Below the pieces are notes generated by a model, which saw only the letters and a program-made list of their open reading frames with translations, was not told where the DNA came from and ran no database searches. Below, in pieces: positions 46,162 to 54,666 of a stretch of 64,000 bases of DNA; the first letter of the stretch is position 1; every line of letters starts with the position of its first letter. Source of the DNA: a virus; IMG/VR virus record IMGVR_UViG_3300045988_171772, positions 32,001 to 96,000 of that record. One strand, 5' to 3'. Made by a program: the position numbers and the translations under genes.

Positions 46162-49100
46162 TTAGTTCTGAAGAGCTTTTGTCTTCATATACTCTAAGAA
46201 GTCACTGTCTACATCCATCAATTGATCTTCGAGAGATTTATCTTTCATATTGATGTTACCATAGACATCGACATCATGGCTTCTCTCATAGATGGTAAAA
46301 TGAGAGGTATTCTCATTGATGAATAGGAATTTGGTAGGAGATACGAATCTTGCCATATTATGGTCCAGTCTTACTCCATCCAAGAAGTATTCATAGGTAC
46401 TATCCACAGGTCTATCCAATTCAGACAGATCCACGAGAGTATCAGACGCAGTGGGATCCTGAGGATTATTCCGATTGATATCTTTGACCTTGGTATATCT
46501 CCAGGGAAGATATTCGACCAGATAATAGTCTCCATTATCCATATCAAAGTTACTGGTAATGATAAGAGAATCAATCACTCTAGGATTCGATTGAACCATA
46601 TAGGCACTTGGATCAATGAGTGTACCAAGACCAGTATCCTTATTGCAATGCCAGATTCGAATCCGATCCTTACTAGGCTCAAGATCAAATTCTGACCAGG
46701 TGAATTGGTTGCTATAGGTATGAGTATCTTCATCTCCCACTCTGGGGCTTACTCTCCGAATACGACCAGAGGTAGAATATGTCCTTGTCGTAGTATTATC
46801 ACTATACTGCTCAGGAGGTCTTCCTTCCGCATATGTATCCTCGACATAGACACTTTCATCATCCGGATCAATATTGGTAGTAATCGTACCAGTGGGTTCG
46901 ATAATCCAGTAAGCAGCATTGGCATCATCATTCTGAGTATCCCAAATAGCAGAATGGTATTCATCGATACTCTTGATAATGATATTCTTACCAACGGCTT
47001 CCTCATTGGTAACCTGAATACGAATCTGAGGAATTATCTCATAGCTGAGCTGACTCTTCAAGACTTCCTCGGTAGGAGCAATCATCAGATCTACGGTAAT
47101 ATCCGAAGTAGCACTGACAAGACTCTGAGGAATAAAGATATACTGGAGAGTCAACCCCTCTTCATTGATGACAGTATACCGGAATACCTGATCGGTATAA
47201 TCATCATCAATCTTCACTCTGATGGGATAGAGATATCCTGTATCCGGAGCCTCTACTGAGAAGTAGATCATAGGCTCTGCAAAGGTTCTTACCTGCTTCG
47301 GATCATTGACAATATCCTCATTGGTTGTAACGGCATTCTGATAGATGGTAGAATCTGTCATATTGAAATAGAATTCTGCCACTCGAGTGCCGATCTCTTT
47401 GTAAGTGAGACCACTAGAAAGAGAATTAGCAATGACATTGCCAGTGAGAATGAACTCATCCGCATTTGTCAATACATACTCTTTGGATTTTGTCTGAAGG
47501 AAAGCAGATTCCAAACCAAAATATGCCTTCAGTCTGAAATAAGAGTTGGGATATCTCACCATGGTATCTGCATCATAATAGAGCAGATTCCTATCAGAGA
47601 AATGCTTGAAGTTTGCAGGGAATGTAATCTCTTGATAGAGCTGAGTGAAGTTGATGGGATTCTTGATGGAGAATCTCGTCTCTGCATTTTGTGTCATGAT
47701 ACAGAAATGCAGAATACTATTGGCGTTCACAAGAGATTTCGGGATGTAAGCATAGACATCATGACCATACTTGAAGGTAGTCAATTTGCCAATGATCTTA
47801 CCATCCACAAAGATCTCCATAGGGAATTTCTCTTCACTCTTCTCATAGAAACGAAACCACATCATGGGTTCCTCGAAGGTCACTTTCAGAGTATCAATCG
47901 GAGAATGATTCTCTATGACCGTATTGTTATAGATATCGGGATACTCAGCAAGGCTGACATCAAAGTCGAATACATCATGGTTTGTATCCAAGACAATATC
48001 TTTGAAGAAACCAGTGTAACGATTGACATCATCTTTCAGAATATTCACCAATCTATCCAAAGAGTATCGATCAGGTACATTGGGTTCCCATCTAGCATCA
48101 CTACCCATTGCTTCTGCATACTGGAGATAATCCTTGATGCAGTAACGAATCTTTTCGGGCATGTAATCCTTGATAGGTTCCTCCAAAGTATCATTAATAC
48201 ACTGGAGAGCATAATCTGCTCCATCCTCTTCCAGATACTTCATGTAATTCTCAATGGGATTGATGAAGGTAGTAGACACCTCATTGGAATAATAGGCATC
48301 CACAACGAGATTGTCATCTCCAGCATTCTCAATAGAATATACATTGGGATAGTAGAGAGTGGTAATGATATCCGGTCTCGGAGACATAACCCCAGTATTT
48401 GCATTGTATGCATAATATCTGAGATTATCTACCGGGACAGGATTCTTTCCATTCTCCAAAGGAATCTGGAAGTATCTTGTCTGACCCAGAGATCCTCTGA
48501 AGTCCATATCTCGTGTACCGACGATATAGATATCAATGGCTCTAGAACCAGACACCAGAGAGGAGATATAAGGCTTCTCCAACTGGAAGTATTGACCTCC
48601 ATCTGTACCAGTGATCTTATGAGTCAGAGTCATCTTCATGAGATTTCTATTCACAGCTTCCGGATCACTGATGAATGCAAAATAGGCATTGTCATTCAAT
48701 GTCTTATTGCATCCATCCAGATCGGAACCTGTGAAGATACTCAGAGGAATACCACCCTCAGATACATTGAAGCAAGTGGAAGGTTTCGCTGCATTATGGA
48801 CATAAAAATTGCTGGGTTTCTGGACATAGATCTTCCAGTCCACATTATTCATGACCATCTCTTTGATCGTAGCTTCCGGAAGACCATTATCATTGGGGAA
48901 GATCACCAAGAAGGTATACTCCTTACAAGGAATGAGATACATCTTAGAGAAGAGCTGATCTCCAATAAAGAAAAGAAGACCAGCATGGTATCTCTCAGAA
49001 TCCTTAAAGGTTTCCGTAATGGGAGTCATTCGATTCACAAGAACCGGTTCCAGCAGCACAGGTCTCTCATAGAAGTAATTCAAGAAGGTATTCTGAATCG

Positions 49101-49347
49101 AAGTTGAATAGGTAGTAGCTGGAAAGCCACAGGTGCTATTCAGATCATGATCGATCTTGAAATCCTTCATAGATCCAGAGATGAATCCGAGTTTACACGC
49201 AATTCTCTGCGCTCTAAGGCATGAGAAGTAAAGCTGATGATAGTATTTATTTATATTCTTCCTTACGGTATTGACATCGTAAGTATTATTAAAGAAATAA
49301 GAAGGAATACCATCAATCGGCGACTTTGAATCCTTATAGATAGGCAT
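46162..49347 (-). CDS. large virion structural protein (1061 aa; baseplate/tail-fibre class, unassigned)
   Basis: Longest ORF in the window, no enzymatic motifs, located between lysin and tail genes. Confidence 0.8.
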   Translation of the reverse strand: MPIYKDSKSPIDGIPSYFFNNTYDVNTVRKNINKYYHQLYFSCLRAQRIACKLGFISGSMKDFKIDHDLNSTCGFPATTYSTSIQNTFLNYFYERPVLLEPVLVNRMTPITETFKDSERYHAGLLFFIGDQLFSKMYLIPCKEYTFLVIFPNDNGLPEATIKEMVMNNVDWKIYVQKPSNFYVHNAAKPSTCFNVSEGGIPLSIFTGSDLDGCNKTLNDNAYFAFISDPEAVNRNLMKMTLTHKITGTDGGQYFQLEKPYISSLVSGSRAIDIYIVGTRDMDFRGSLGQTRYFQIPLENGKNPVPVDNLRYYAYNANTGVMSPRPDIITTLYYPNVYSIENAGDDNLVVDAYYSNEVSTTFINPIENYMKYLEEDGADYALQCINDTLEEPIKDYMPEKIRYCIKDYLQYAEAMGSDARWEPNVPDRYSLDRLVNILKDDVNRYTGFFKDIVLDTNHDVFDFDVSLAEYPDIYNNTVIENHSPIDTLKVTFEEPMMWFRFYEKSEEKFPMEIFVDGKIIGKLTTFKYGHDVYAYIPKSLVNANSILHFCIMTQNAETRFSIKNPINFTQLYQEITFPANFKHFSDRNLLYYDADTMVRYPNSYFRLKAYFGLESAFLQTKSKEYVLTNADEFILTGNVIANSLSSGLTYKEIGTRVAEFYFNMTDSTIYQNAVTTNEDIVNDPKQVRTFAEPMIYFSVEAPDTGYLYPIRVKIDDDYTDQVFRYTVINEEGLTLQYIFIPQSLVSATSDITVDLMIAPTEEVLKSQLSYEIIPQIRIQVTNEEAVGKNIIIKSIDEYHSAIWDTQNDDANAAYWIIEPTGTITTNIDPDDESVYVEDTYAEGRPPEQYSDNTTTRTYSTSGRIRRVSPRVGDEDTHTYSNQFTWSEFDLEPSKDRIRIWHCNKDTGLGTLIDPSAYMVQSNPRVIDSLIITSNFDMDNGDYYLVEYLPWRYTKVKDINRNNPQDPTASDTLVDLSELDRPVDSTYEYFLDGVRLDHNMARFVSPTKFLFINENTSHFTIYERSHDVDVYGNINMKDKSLEDQLMDVDSDFLEYMKTKALQN

Positions 49348-49417
49348 TGTCGTGTTCCCTCCTTATATAGCGTTACTTTAAGGGGCTGTTTTTCTCAATC
49401 GAATATGCGGGATAAAA

Positions 49418-49440
49418 TTTCTATATATTATTTAGGTAGA
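49418..49440 (+). promoter_or_regulatory. TCTATATATTAT promoter-like motif
   Basis: TTTCTATATATTATTTAGGTAGA, 15 nt before ATG 49455. Confidence 0.45.
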
Positions 49441-49454
49441 AAGGAGTAAAAGAT

Positions 49455-49886
49455 ATGTCGTATGGAAGTTTGTTAAAGTCACATATCTCTAAATGTATTA
49501 CAGTAAGAGATTGCTGTGAAGCGTTGAGCCATGTGTTAAACGAATTCTCGAAATCTTCAGATGAAGAGATTATCGGGGATAAGTTCTTATCATCGAAATC
49601 ATCCAATTCCAACTATGCCTATTGCGTAGCTCTCTGGGTAAAAGATCTCAGAGAGGAACCAAGAGACATCACAGAGGAATTGACTGATATAGCACTTGAG
49701 AGGTTGACTCTCTTTCCGGATGACCCTATGAGTCTTCTGGATAAGAAAATGATCAATCTCATCAGTCTGTCAAAGATCCGTCTTCATCCGGATCAAGACA
49801 TACCCAGATATCGTGAGAGATTCTCTAAGATGTATCCCGGAGAATCTCTCACGAAGTCTTTTATCAAATACGGATTAAAGGAGTAA
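49455..49886 (+). CDS. hypothetical protein (143 aa)
   Basis: AAAGGAG RBS. Confidence 0.75.
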   Translation: MSYGSLLKSHISKCITVRDCCEALSHVLNEFSKSSDEEIIGDKFLSSKSSNSNYAYCVALWVKDLREEPRDITEELTDIALERLTLFPDDPMSLLDKKMINLISLSKIRLHPDQDIPRYRERFSKMYPGESLTKSFIKYGLKE

Positions 49887-49893
49887 ATAAACT

Positions 49894-50127
49894 ATGATTA
49901 GTTATAATGGAGTCTGGCTCGATCTTAAAGATATCGAGAGAATCACTGCCGAAAACAGTGGGCTCTCTTACTTCGGAACAAAATTCGCGGTCATGGCCGT
50001 GATGAAAAACAATGATCACTTCCTGATGGATTATGCTAAATCCTACAGTGAAGCGATCGAAAAGGCAATTGACCTTCAGAAGCAGATTGACTATCTGAAG
50101 CAGAAAGAGCTCGAGGAAAACACCTAA
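49894..50127 (+). CDS. hypothetical protein (77 aa)
   Basis: AAAGGAG RBS; terminator about 50138-50175. Confidence 0.7.
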   Translation: MISYNGVWLDLKDIERITAENSGLSYFGTKFAVMAVMKNNDHFLMDYAKSYSEAIEKAIDLQKQIDYLKQKELEENT

Positions 50128-50269
50128 GAAGAAAAAGATGGGACTTACTATTACCAAGTTAGTATCCCATTCTTTTTTGTATTTTTGTATGCTCTGAAGA
50201 GGGTATACCGAAAACACTTACCATAAAATTGATGATTCTTATCCATTCAGCAAAGGATGTGATATTCAA

Positions 50270-51493
50270 ATGCCTACAATGCTGTCGGAGGACCAAAAGA
50301 AGAAACTCCTATCTATGCAGCAGAAAGATATGAGTGTATCTTTCATTACCAAGACCTTTACAAAGTCTTCTGTGAGAAAGATCGTCAATGGTAAGATTAC
50401 CTTTGTGACCAAGAATCCAGAGTTTGATCTCAGAGCTCTCTTCACTCTGAAGAAGGGTGAGTATATCAATACAGAAGATATCCAGACTTCTGTCGGTAGA
50501 TTTCTTTTCAATAAGCTCATTATTGAAAATACCATCTCCGATATTATCCCTGGTGGATACTATAACAAAGTATTCACCAAGAAATCCTGGGATGAATTGG
50601 CTGGATATATCTCTGCTTCTATCATGGAAGGAAAACTCTCTACAGAGAATCTGGTTCAGTATCTGAAGAAGTTTGAATTCTATGGATTGAAACTGGTTAC
50701 CTGTCTGAGTCCTTCTTTTGACCAGGCCGTGTTGAAACCTAATCCCATCGTCCAGAAAGAGAAGCAAAAGCTCTTGGATGAATTGGATGAAAAAGAGAAT
50801 CCAACTTTGAAAGATTATACAGACATTGAGGATAAACTGATCAATACTGCAAAGAATGCGATCGGTAAAGATCCTTCTATGTCTCTGTATGACTCTGGAT
50901 CTCGTGGTAACTTTGACAATGACTACAAGATCAATACGGTCATCGTTGGTCCTGTCAAAAATTGTGCCACTGGTGGATACGACTTTATGAAGTCTGATAT
51001 GATCGAAGGACTTCGTAAAGAGGATATTCCCAAAGCTGGTAACATGGTCGTTGGTGCTTCCTATCCGAAAGCGGTTGGTACTGCTGTCGGTGGTTATATG
51101 ACCAAAGAATTCTATGCAGTGTATCAGTCCATCATTCTCTCTGATGTAGAAGACTGTGGATCTAAGTATACACTCAAGATTCATCTTACCAAAGACAATA
51201 TTAATTCCTTCATGTATCAGTATATGATGGAAGGAGAAAAGAAAGTTTGTCTGACTCCTGATAATGCTTCTAAGTATATTGGGAAGACAGTTCACTTTAG
51301 ATCTCCCATGGGGTGTATTGGTCAGCAACTTTGCAGAACCTGTGCTGGTACCAGATTCGACAAACTGGATATCAAGAATGTCGGCCTGACTGCTGGTAAG
51401 GTATCCAATAACCTCATGAATAAACAGATGAAGAAATTCCATGAGATTCGAGTCAAACTCGATACTGTGGATCCTTCTACTCTTCTTATGTGA
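50270..51493 (+). CDS. multisubunit RNAP beta-prime-like fragment (second RNAP set)
   Basis: TSVGRFLFNKLI resembles TTVGR..FN; SGSRGNFDNDYKINTVIVGPV..EGLRKEDIPKAGNMVVGASYPKAVGTAVGGYMTKEF resembles the SGARG...RKG..DTA..SGYLTRR region; HFRSPMGCIGQQLCRTCAG; covers the same region as 26598..28655, so it is a paralog. Confidence 0.7.
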   Translation: MPTMLSEDQKKKLLSMQQKDMSVSFITKTFTKSSVRKIVNGKITFVTKNPEFDLRALFTLKKGEYINTEDIQTSVGRFLFNKLIIENTISDIIPGGYYNKVFTKKSWDELAGYISASIMEGKLSTENLVQYLKKFEFYGLKLVTCLSPSFDQAVLKPNPIVQKEKQKLLDELDEKENPTLKDYTDIEDKLINTAKNAIGKDPSMSLYDSGSRGNFDNDYKINTVIVGPVKNCATGGYDFMKSDMIEGLRKEDIPKAGNMVVGASYPKAVGTAVGGYMTKEFYAVYQSIILSDVEDCGSKYTLKIHLTKDNINSFMYQYMMEGEKKVCLTPDNASKYIGKTVHFRSPMGCIGQQLCRTCAGTRFDKLDIKNVGLTAGKVSNNLMNKQMKKFHEIRVKLDTVDPSTLLM

Positions 51494-51575
51494 TAAAACT
51501 TTATAGCCTATATAGACAATCTTTGAGATGCGTCTATATAGGCTATTTTTATTCCATCGAAAAATGAAAATGGAA

Positions 51576-51598
51576 ATTCTATATATTATTCATATAGA
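51576..51598 (+). promoter_or_regulatory. TCTATATATTAT promoter-like motif
   Basis: ATTCTATATATTATTCATATAGA, 38 nt before ATG 51637. Confidence 0.45.
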
Positions 51599-51636
51599 AA
51601 GAGAAGGAAACTCTAAAACCAGAAAGGAAATTCACT

Positions 51637-52209
51637 ATGAAGATCTATAACGATGCTGAATACCAAGCCGTTATCCATGAGCTTAAAAAAGGACGTGATG
51701 GAGATTACTCTGTAAGAATATACAATCTGATGTATTGGTGGAAACTTACTGAGGAGGATATTGACTTCATCGTTGTGATGGCACCTGGAGATGATTATGA
51801 TACACCCGATCCTGAAAGGGAGTATCTCATTGATCCCAATGAATTCTTCTCAGCCATAGAAAACGCCTTTGATTATCCGTATTTCTCCACACAATTCTCT
51901 ATCGTATTCAAGGATGGATCTCGGATTAATTCCGTCCCTGGGTTTGATGCTGATTTTGTGCAATTTGATTACATCCCTCCCATCAGAAAGCCTTCTAAGC
52001 AGGCTCATCTCAAAACCATGATTAATTGGAAGGGAAAGAAATATATCGAAGAAACACTGGAGGATATGGCAGCATATAAACTCGATGAGCTCGGCATCCA
52101 TTCTGATGATGATCGATTCGAGGAAACCAAAGACAAGATCATTTCTGAGATCATGGAAGAATGCGACATAGATGAAGAAGCCCTGGACTTTGAAGAGCGG
52201 GGCTTCTAA
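51637..52209 (+). CDS. hypothetical protein (190 aa), paralog of 53263..53742
   Basis: AAAGGA RBS; LTEEDIDFIVV, EFFSAIENAFDY, HLKTM, IISEIMEE match the 53263 product. Confidence 0.75.
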   Translation: MKIYNDAEYQAVIHELKKGRDGDYSVRIYNLMYWWKLTEEDIDFIVVMAPGDDYDTPDPEREYLIDPNEFFSAIENAFDYPYFSTQFSIVFKDGSRINSVPGFDADFVQFDYIPPIRKPSKQAHLKTMINWKGKKYIEETLEDMAAYKLDELGIHSDDDRFEETKDKIISEIMEECDIDEEALDFEERGF

Positions 52210-52261
52210 TTCTGTTTTGGAAGAGAAAGAATTCGTAAATGACTATAGGAGGTAAACTAAA

Positions 52262-52765
52262 ATGCCTAACTTAGTTTCTGGAAAAGTCGGTCATCTTCAT
52301 CTTTTGAAAAACGATGTAATTCAAAGGATTTTTCATGAGATTGAAGTGGAGCTCGATTTGAAAATAAAAACCTGGAGGCCAATCGGATTCGTTGATTTTC
52401 ATCTAGAAAAAGAGGATAAAGATATCATAGTACCAATCTTTCTTTATCTAGATAAAGTCGTTGATTCCGAAAATGAATACATCAAAAGACTTACATTTGG
52501 CTTGTCGCCGAGAACTAAAGAAGCGCAAGACTTTCTATTGATGTATCACTTAAAGGGATGCGAATCATACATTATTCAAAATGATAATCCTGCCTCTCTT
52601 GTAAATGGAATTGATGACGATAATCCAGAAGGATATCATCCTTTGCAAGAAATTCGAATCGAAGAATCTTTTGATGATAATTCCATGAAGGTTCGTAAAA
52701 CTTGTCATTTGTATGGAATCGTGTATGGGAATTCCATGAATAAAATTCATTTTATTACTATCTAA
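52262..52765 (+). CDS. hypothetical protein (167 aa), AT-rich
   Basis: AGGAGG RBS. Confidence 0.7.
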   Translation: MPNLVSGKVGHLHLLKNDVIQRIFHEIEVELDLKIKTWRPIGFVDFHLEKEDKDIIVPIFLYLDKVVDSENEYIKRLTFGLSPRTKEAQDFLLMYHLKGCESYIIQNDNPASLVNGIDDDNPEGYHPLQEIRIEESFDDNSMKVRKTCHLYGIVYGNSMNKIHFITI

Positions 52766-52786
52766 AAATAATTAGGTGATATCAAT

Positions 52787-53224
52787 ATGATTGAAAGGCT
52801 AGTGCGATCCAAAATAACTGATCCAAATTACAATGGAATTTGTTATAGGCTCTATGACTATGATGATACGAATAAAGATAGATTATTTCTGTCAGGAGCA
52901 TCTTATATCATTTACAGGAAAAAGGACTTTGATTGGATACAGATTGTCGATGTGATAACGGAAGAGCAGTATAGAGGGAGAGGATATGCTCCAGCTATAC
53001 TGCGTATTATGCTTATGGATATTCGTAAAAGATTCCCGAAAGGTACAAATTTATTCTTACTGGTAGATAGAGAAAATTTCACAGCAATCAAAATATACTT
53101 GGATCTCAGGTTTGAAATAAGATTTGCTATTTATAATGAGGGAATAAGCTATTACGTTATGACCTTATCTACACAGAGATCCGTTAAGCAACTGAAATCT
53201 ATTAATTTGCTTACCTTGTATTAA
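52787..53224 (+). CDS. GNAT-family N-acetyltransferase (small), AT-rich
   Basis: YRGRGYAPAILRIMLMDI motif A-like; 145 aa; GGTGA RBS. Confidence 0.65.
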   Translation: MIERLVRSKITDPNYNGICYRLYDYDDTNKDRLFLSGASYIIYRKKDFDWIQIVDVITEEQYRGRGYAPAILRIMLMDIRKRFPKGTNLFLLVDRENFTAIKIYLDLRFEIRFAIYNEGISYYVMTLSTQRSVKQLKSINLLTLY

Positions 53225-53262
53225 GATGTGAATGTGATTATTATGTAAGGGGAATGAAATTT

Positions 53263-53742
53263 ATGGAAGATTACACGTATAAAAATACTAATTATGCGGG
53301 CGATTTACCGATCAATCTTTATGATAGATTAAAGCACTTGAAAAAAGAAGATATTGATTATATCATCGTATATACAGAGAGCCCTATAGAAATACCAATT
53401 GACGAATTCTTTGAATTGGTCAAGTCCGTTCATGATTATGCTGGAGCAAGTTATGATTTTATCATCATTTTAAAAAATGGAAATTCAATTCTATGGACAT
53501 CAGATGATGAAGGATGGAAGATGACATTGAAGATGCTTCCGAGTATTGGTCGAGTACCAGTGGGGCATTTAAAAACACTTTCTACATATTCGGGAATTTA
53601 TAATATGAAAGATGCTATTAATAATTATGCGATAGAATCTACAAAGAATCTCCCCGAGTCGATTCGGGAATCAGCAAAGTCCGCAATTATCGATGAGATC
53701 ATTAAAAAACATTCTCTTGAAGAATATTACGAAAGCGAATAA
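53263..53742 (+). CDS. hypothetical protein, AT-rich paralog of 51637..52209
   Basis: GGGGA 9 nt before ATG 53263 (the track starts at 53254); LKKEDIDYIIV, EFFELVKSVHDY, HLKTL, IIDEIIKK. Confidence 0.7.
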   Translation: MEDYTYKNTNYAGDLPINLYDRLKHLKKEDIDYIIVYTESPIEIPIDEFFELVKSVHDYAGASYDFIIILKNGNSILWTSDDEGWKMTLKMLPSIGRVPVGHLKTLSTYSGIYNMKDAINNYAIESTKNLPESIRESAKSAIIDEIIKKHSLEEYYESE

Positions 53743-53747
53743 ATTAA

Positions 53748-53783
53748 ATAGGGTATACCCAAACCTAATTGGGTATACCCTAT
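53748..53783. terminator. bidirectional stem-loop
   Basis: ATAGGGTATACCC...GGGTATACCCTAT followed by T-run. Confidence 0.6.
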
Positions 53784-53797
53784 ATTTTTTATTTGGA

Positions 53798-54646
53798 TTA
53801 GCCCTGCGCAGCGAAAGTGGTATCGCTCGCAGCAATCTGCTCCTGAGTGATGTTCGGGTCGAAGTCCAGATAGCTCCACTTCAGAGTATCGATCGCCAGA
53901 TAGTAGGCGGCGATATCATTGATGTAGCGGGACTCATACTTGGTGCAATGCAGCACGACCTCGATCTCAGTCGCATCATGGCTGTTCGTATCATAGTTGT
54001 ACTGGTCACGGTCAACCTTCTCAGGGAAGCAGTGAGCCAGCAGGCAAGCATACTCGATAAACTTGCCAGTCGGATCCGTCACAAAGTAAATGAATTCGGC
54101 AGTGTGGTTCTTTTCACCATACTGGATCTTCTCGGTGGCATCATCCATGGGACCCATGACATTGCCATGGTAATGGGCGATACCAGTACGAGGATCGCGC
54201 ACACCAGTAATCCAGGTAGTCAGGAACTCGGTGCAGGGGGAACCACTCATCTCGTACAGACCAATGGTCACTGTATCGGTCTGGTCAGTAGCGATCTGCA
54301 CAGTCTCGAACTTCTGTCCAGTGTAACCACCCTCAAACGTGGTGAAGTCAACCTGGATATCGCCGATACCGTTGACAGAACGGAAACCAGTCTCGATATA
54401 GGATTTGAACCGGTTGGTCAGATCAGGGAAAGCCTTCTCCATGAAGTAAGGCTTTTTGTACATGAAGAGACGCGCATAACCACGGATGAAAGGATTCATC
54501 TGATCCAGGTTCTGCGAAGTAACGTCAACGCCGGTAAGGAAGTAGCTGAACTTGGAGTAGTCTCCATCGTTCGTTACCATATACCGACTCATATCGCTGT
54601 CTACGCCACTCTGGATAGGATGGTTTGTATAACGTGCATCAGCCAT
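53798..54646 (-). CDS. tail tube protein (putative)
   Basis: 282-aa ORF immediately downstream of the sheath gene, GC-rich high-expression codon usage; assignment by synteny and size. Confidence 0.5.
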   Translation of the reverse strand: MADARYTNHPIQSGVDSDMSRYMVTNDGDYSKFSYFLTGVDVTSQNLDQMNPFIRGYARLFMYKKPYFMEKAFPDLTNRFKSYIETGFRSVNGIGDIQVDFTTFEGGYTGQKFETVQIATDQTDTVTIGLYEMSGSPCTEFLTTWITGVRDPRTGIAHYHGNVMGPMDDATEKIQYGEKNHTAEFIYFVTDPTGKFIEYACLLAHCFPEKVDRDQYNYDTNSHDATEIEVVLHCTKYESRYINDIAAYYLAIDTLKWSYLDFDPNITQEQIAASDTTFAAQG

Positions 54647-54666
54647 TGCTTATATCCTCCCTTCCA

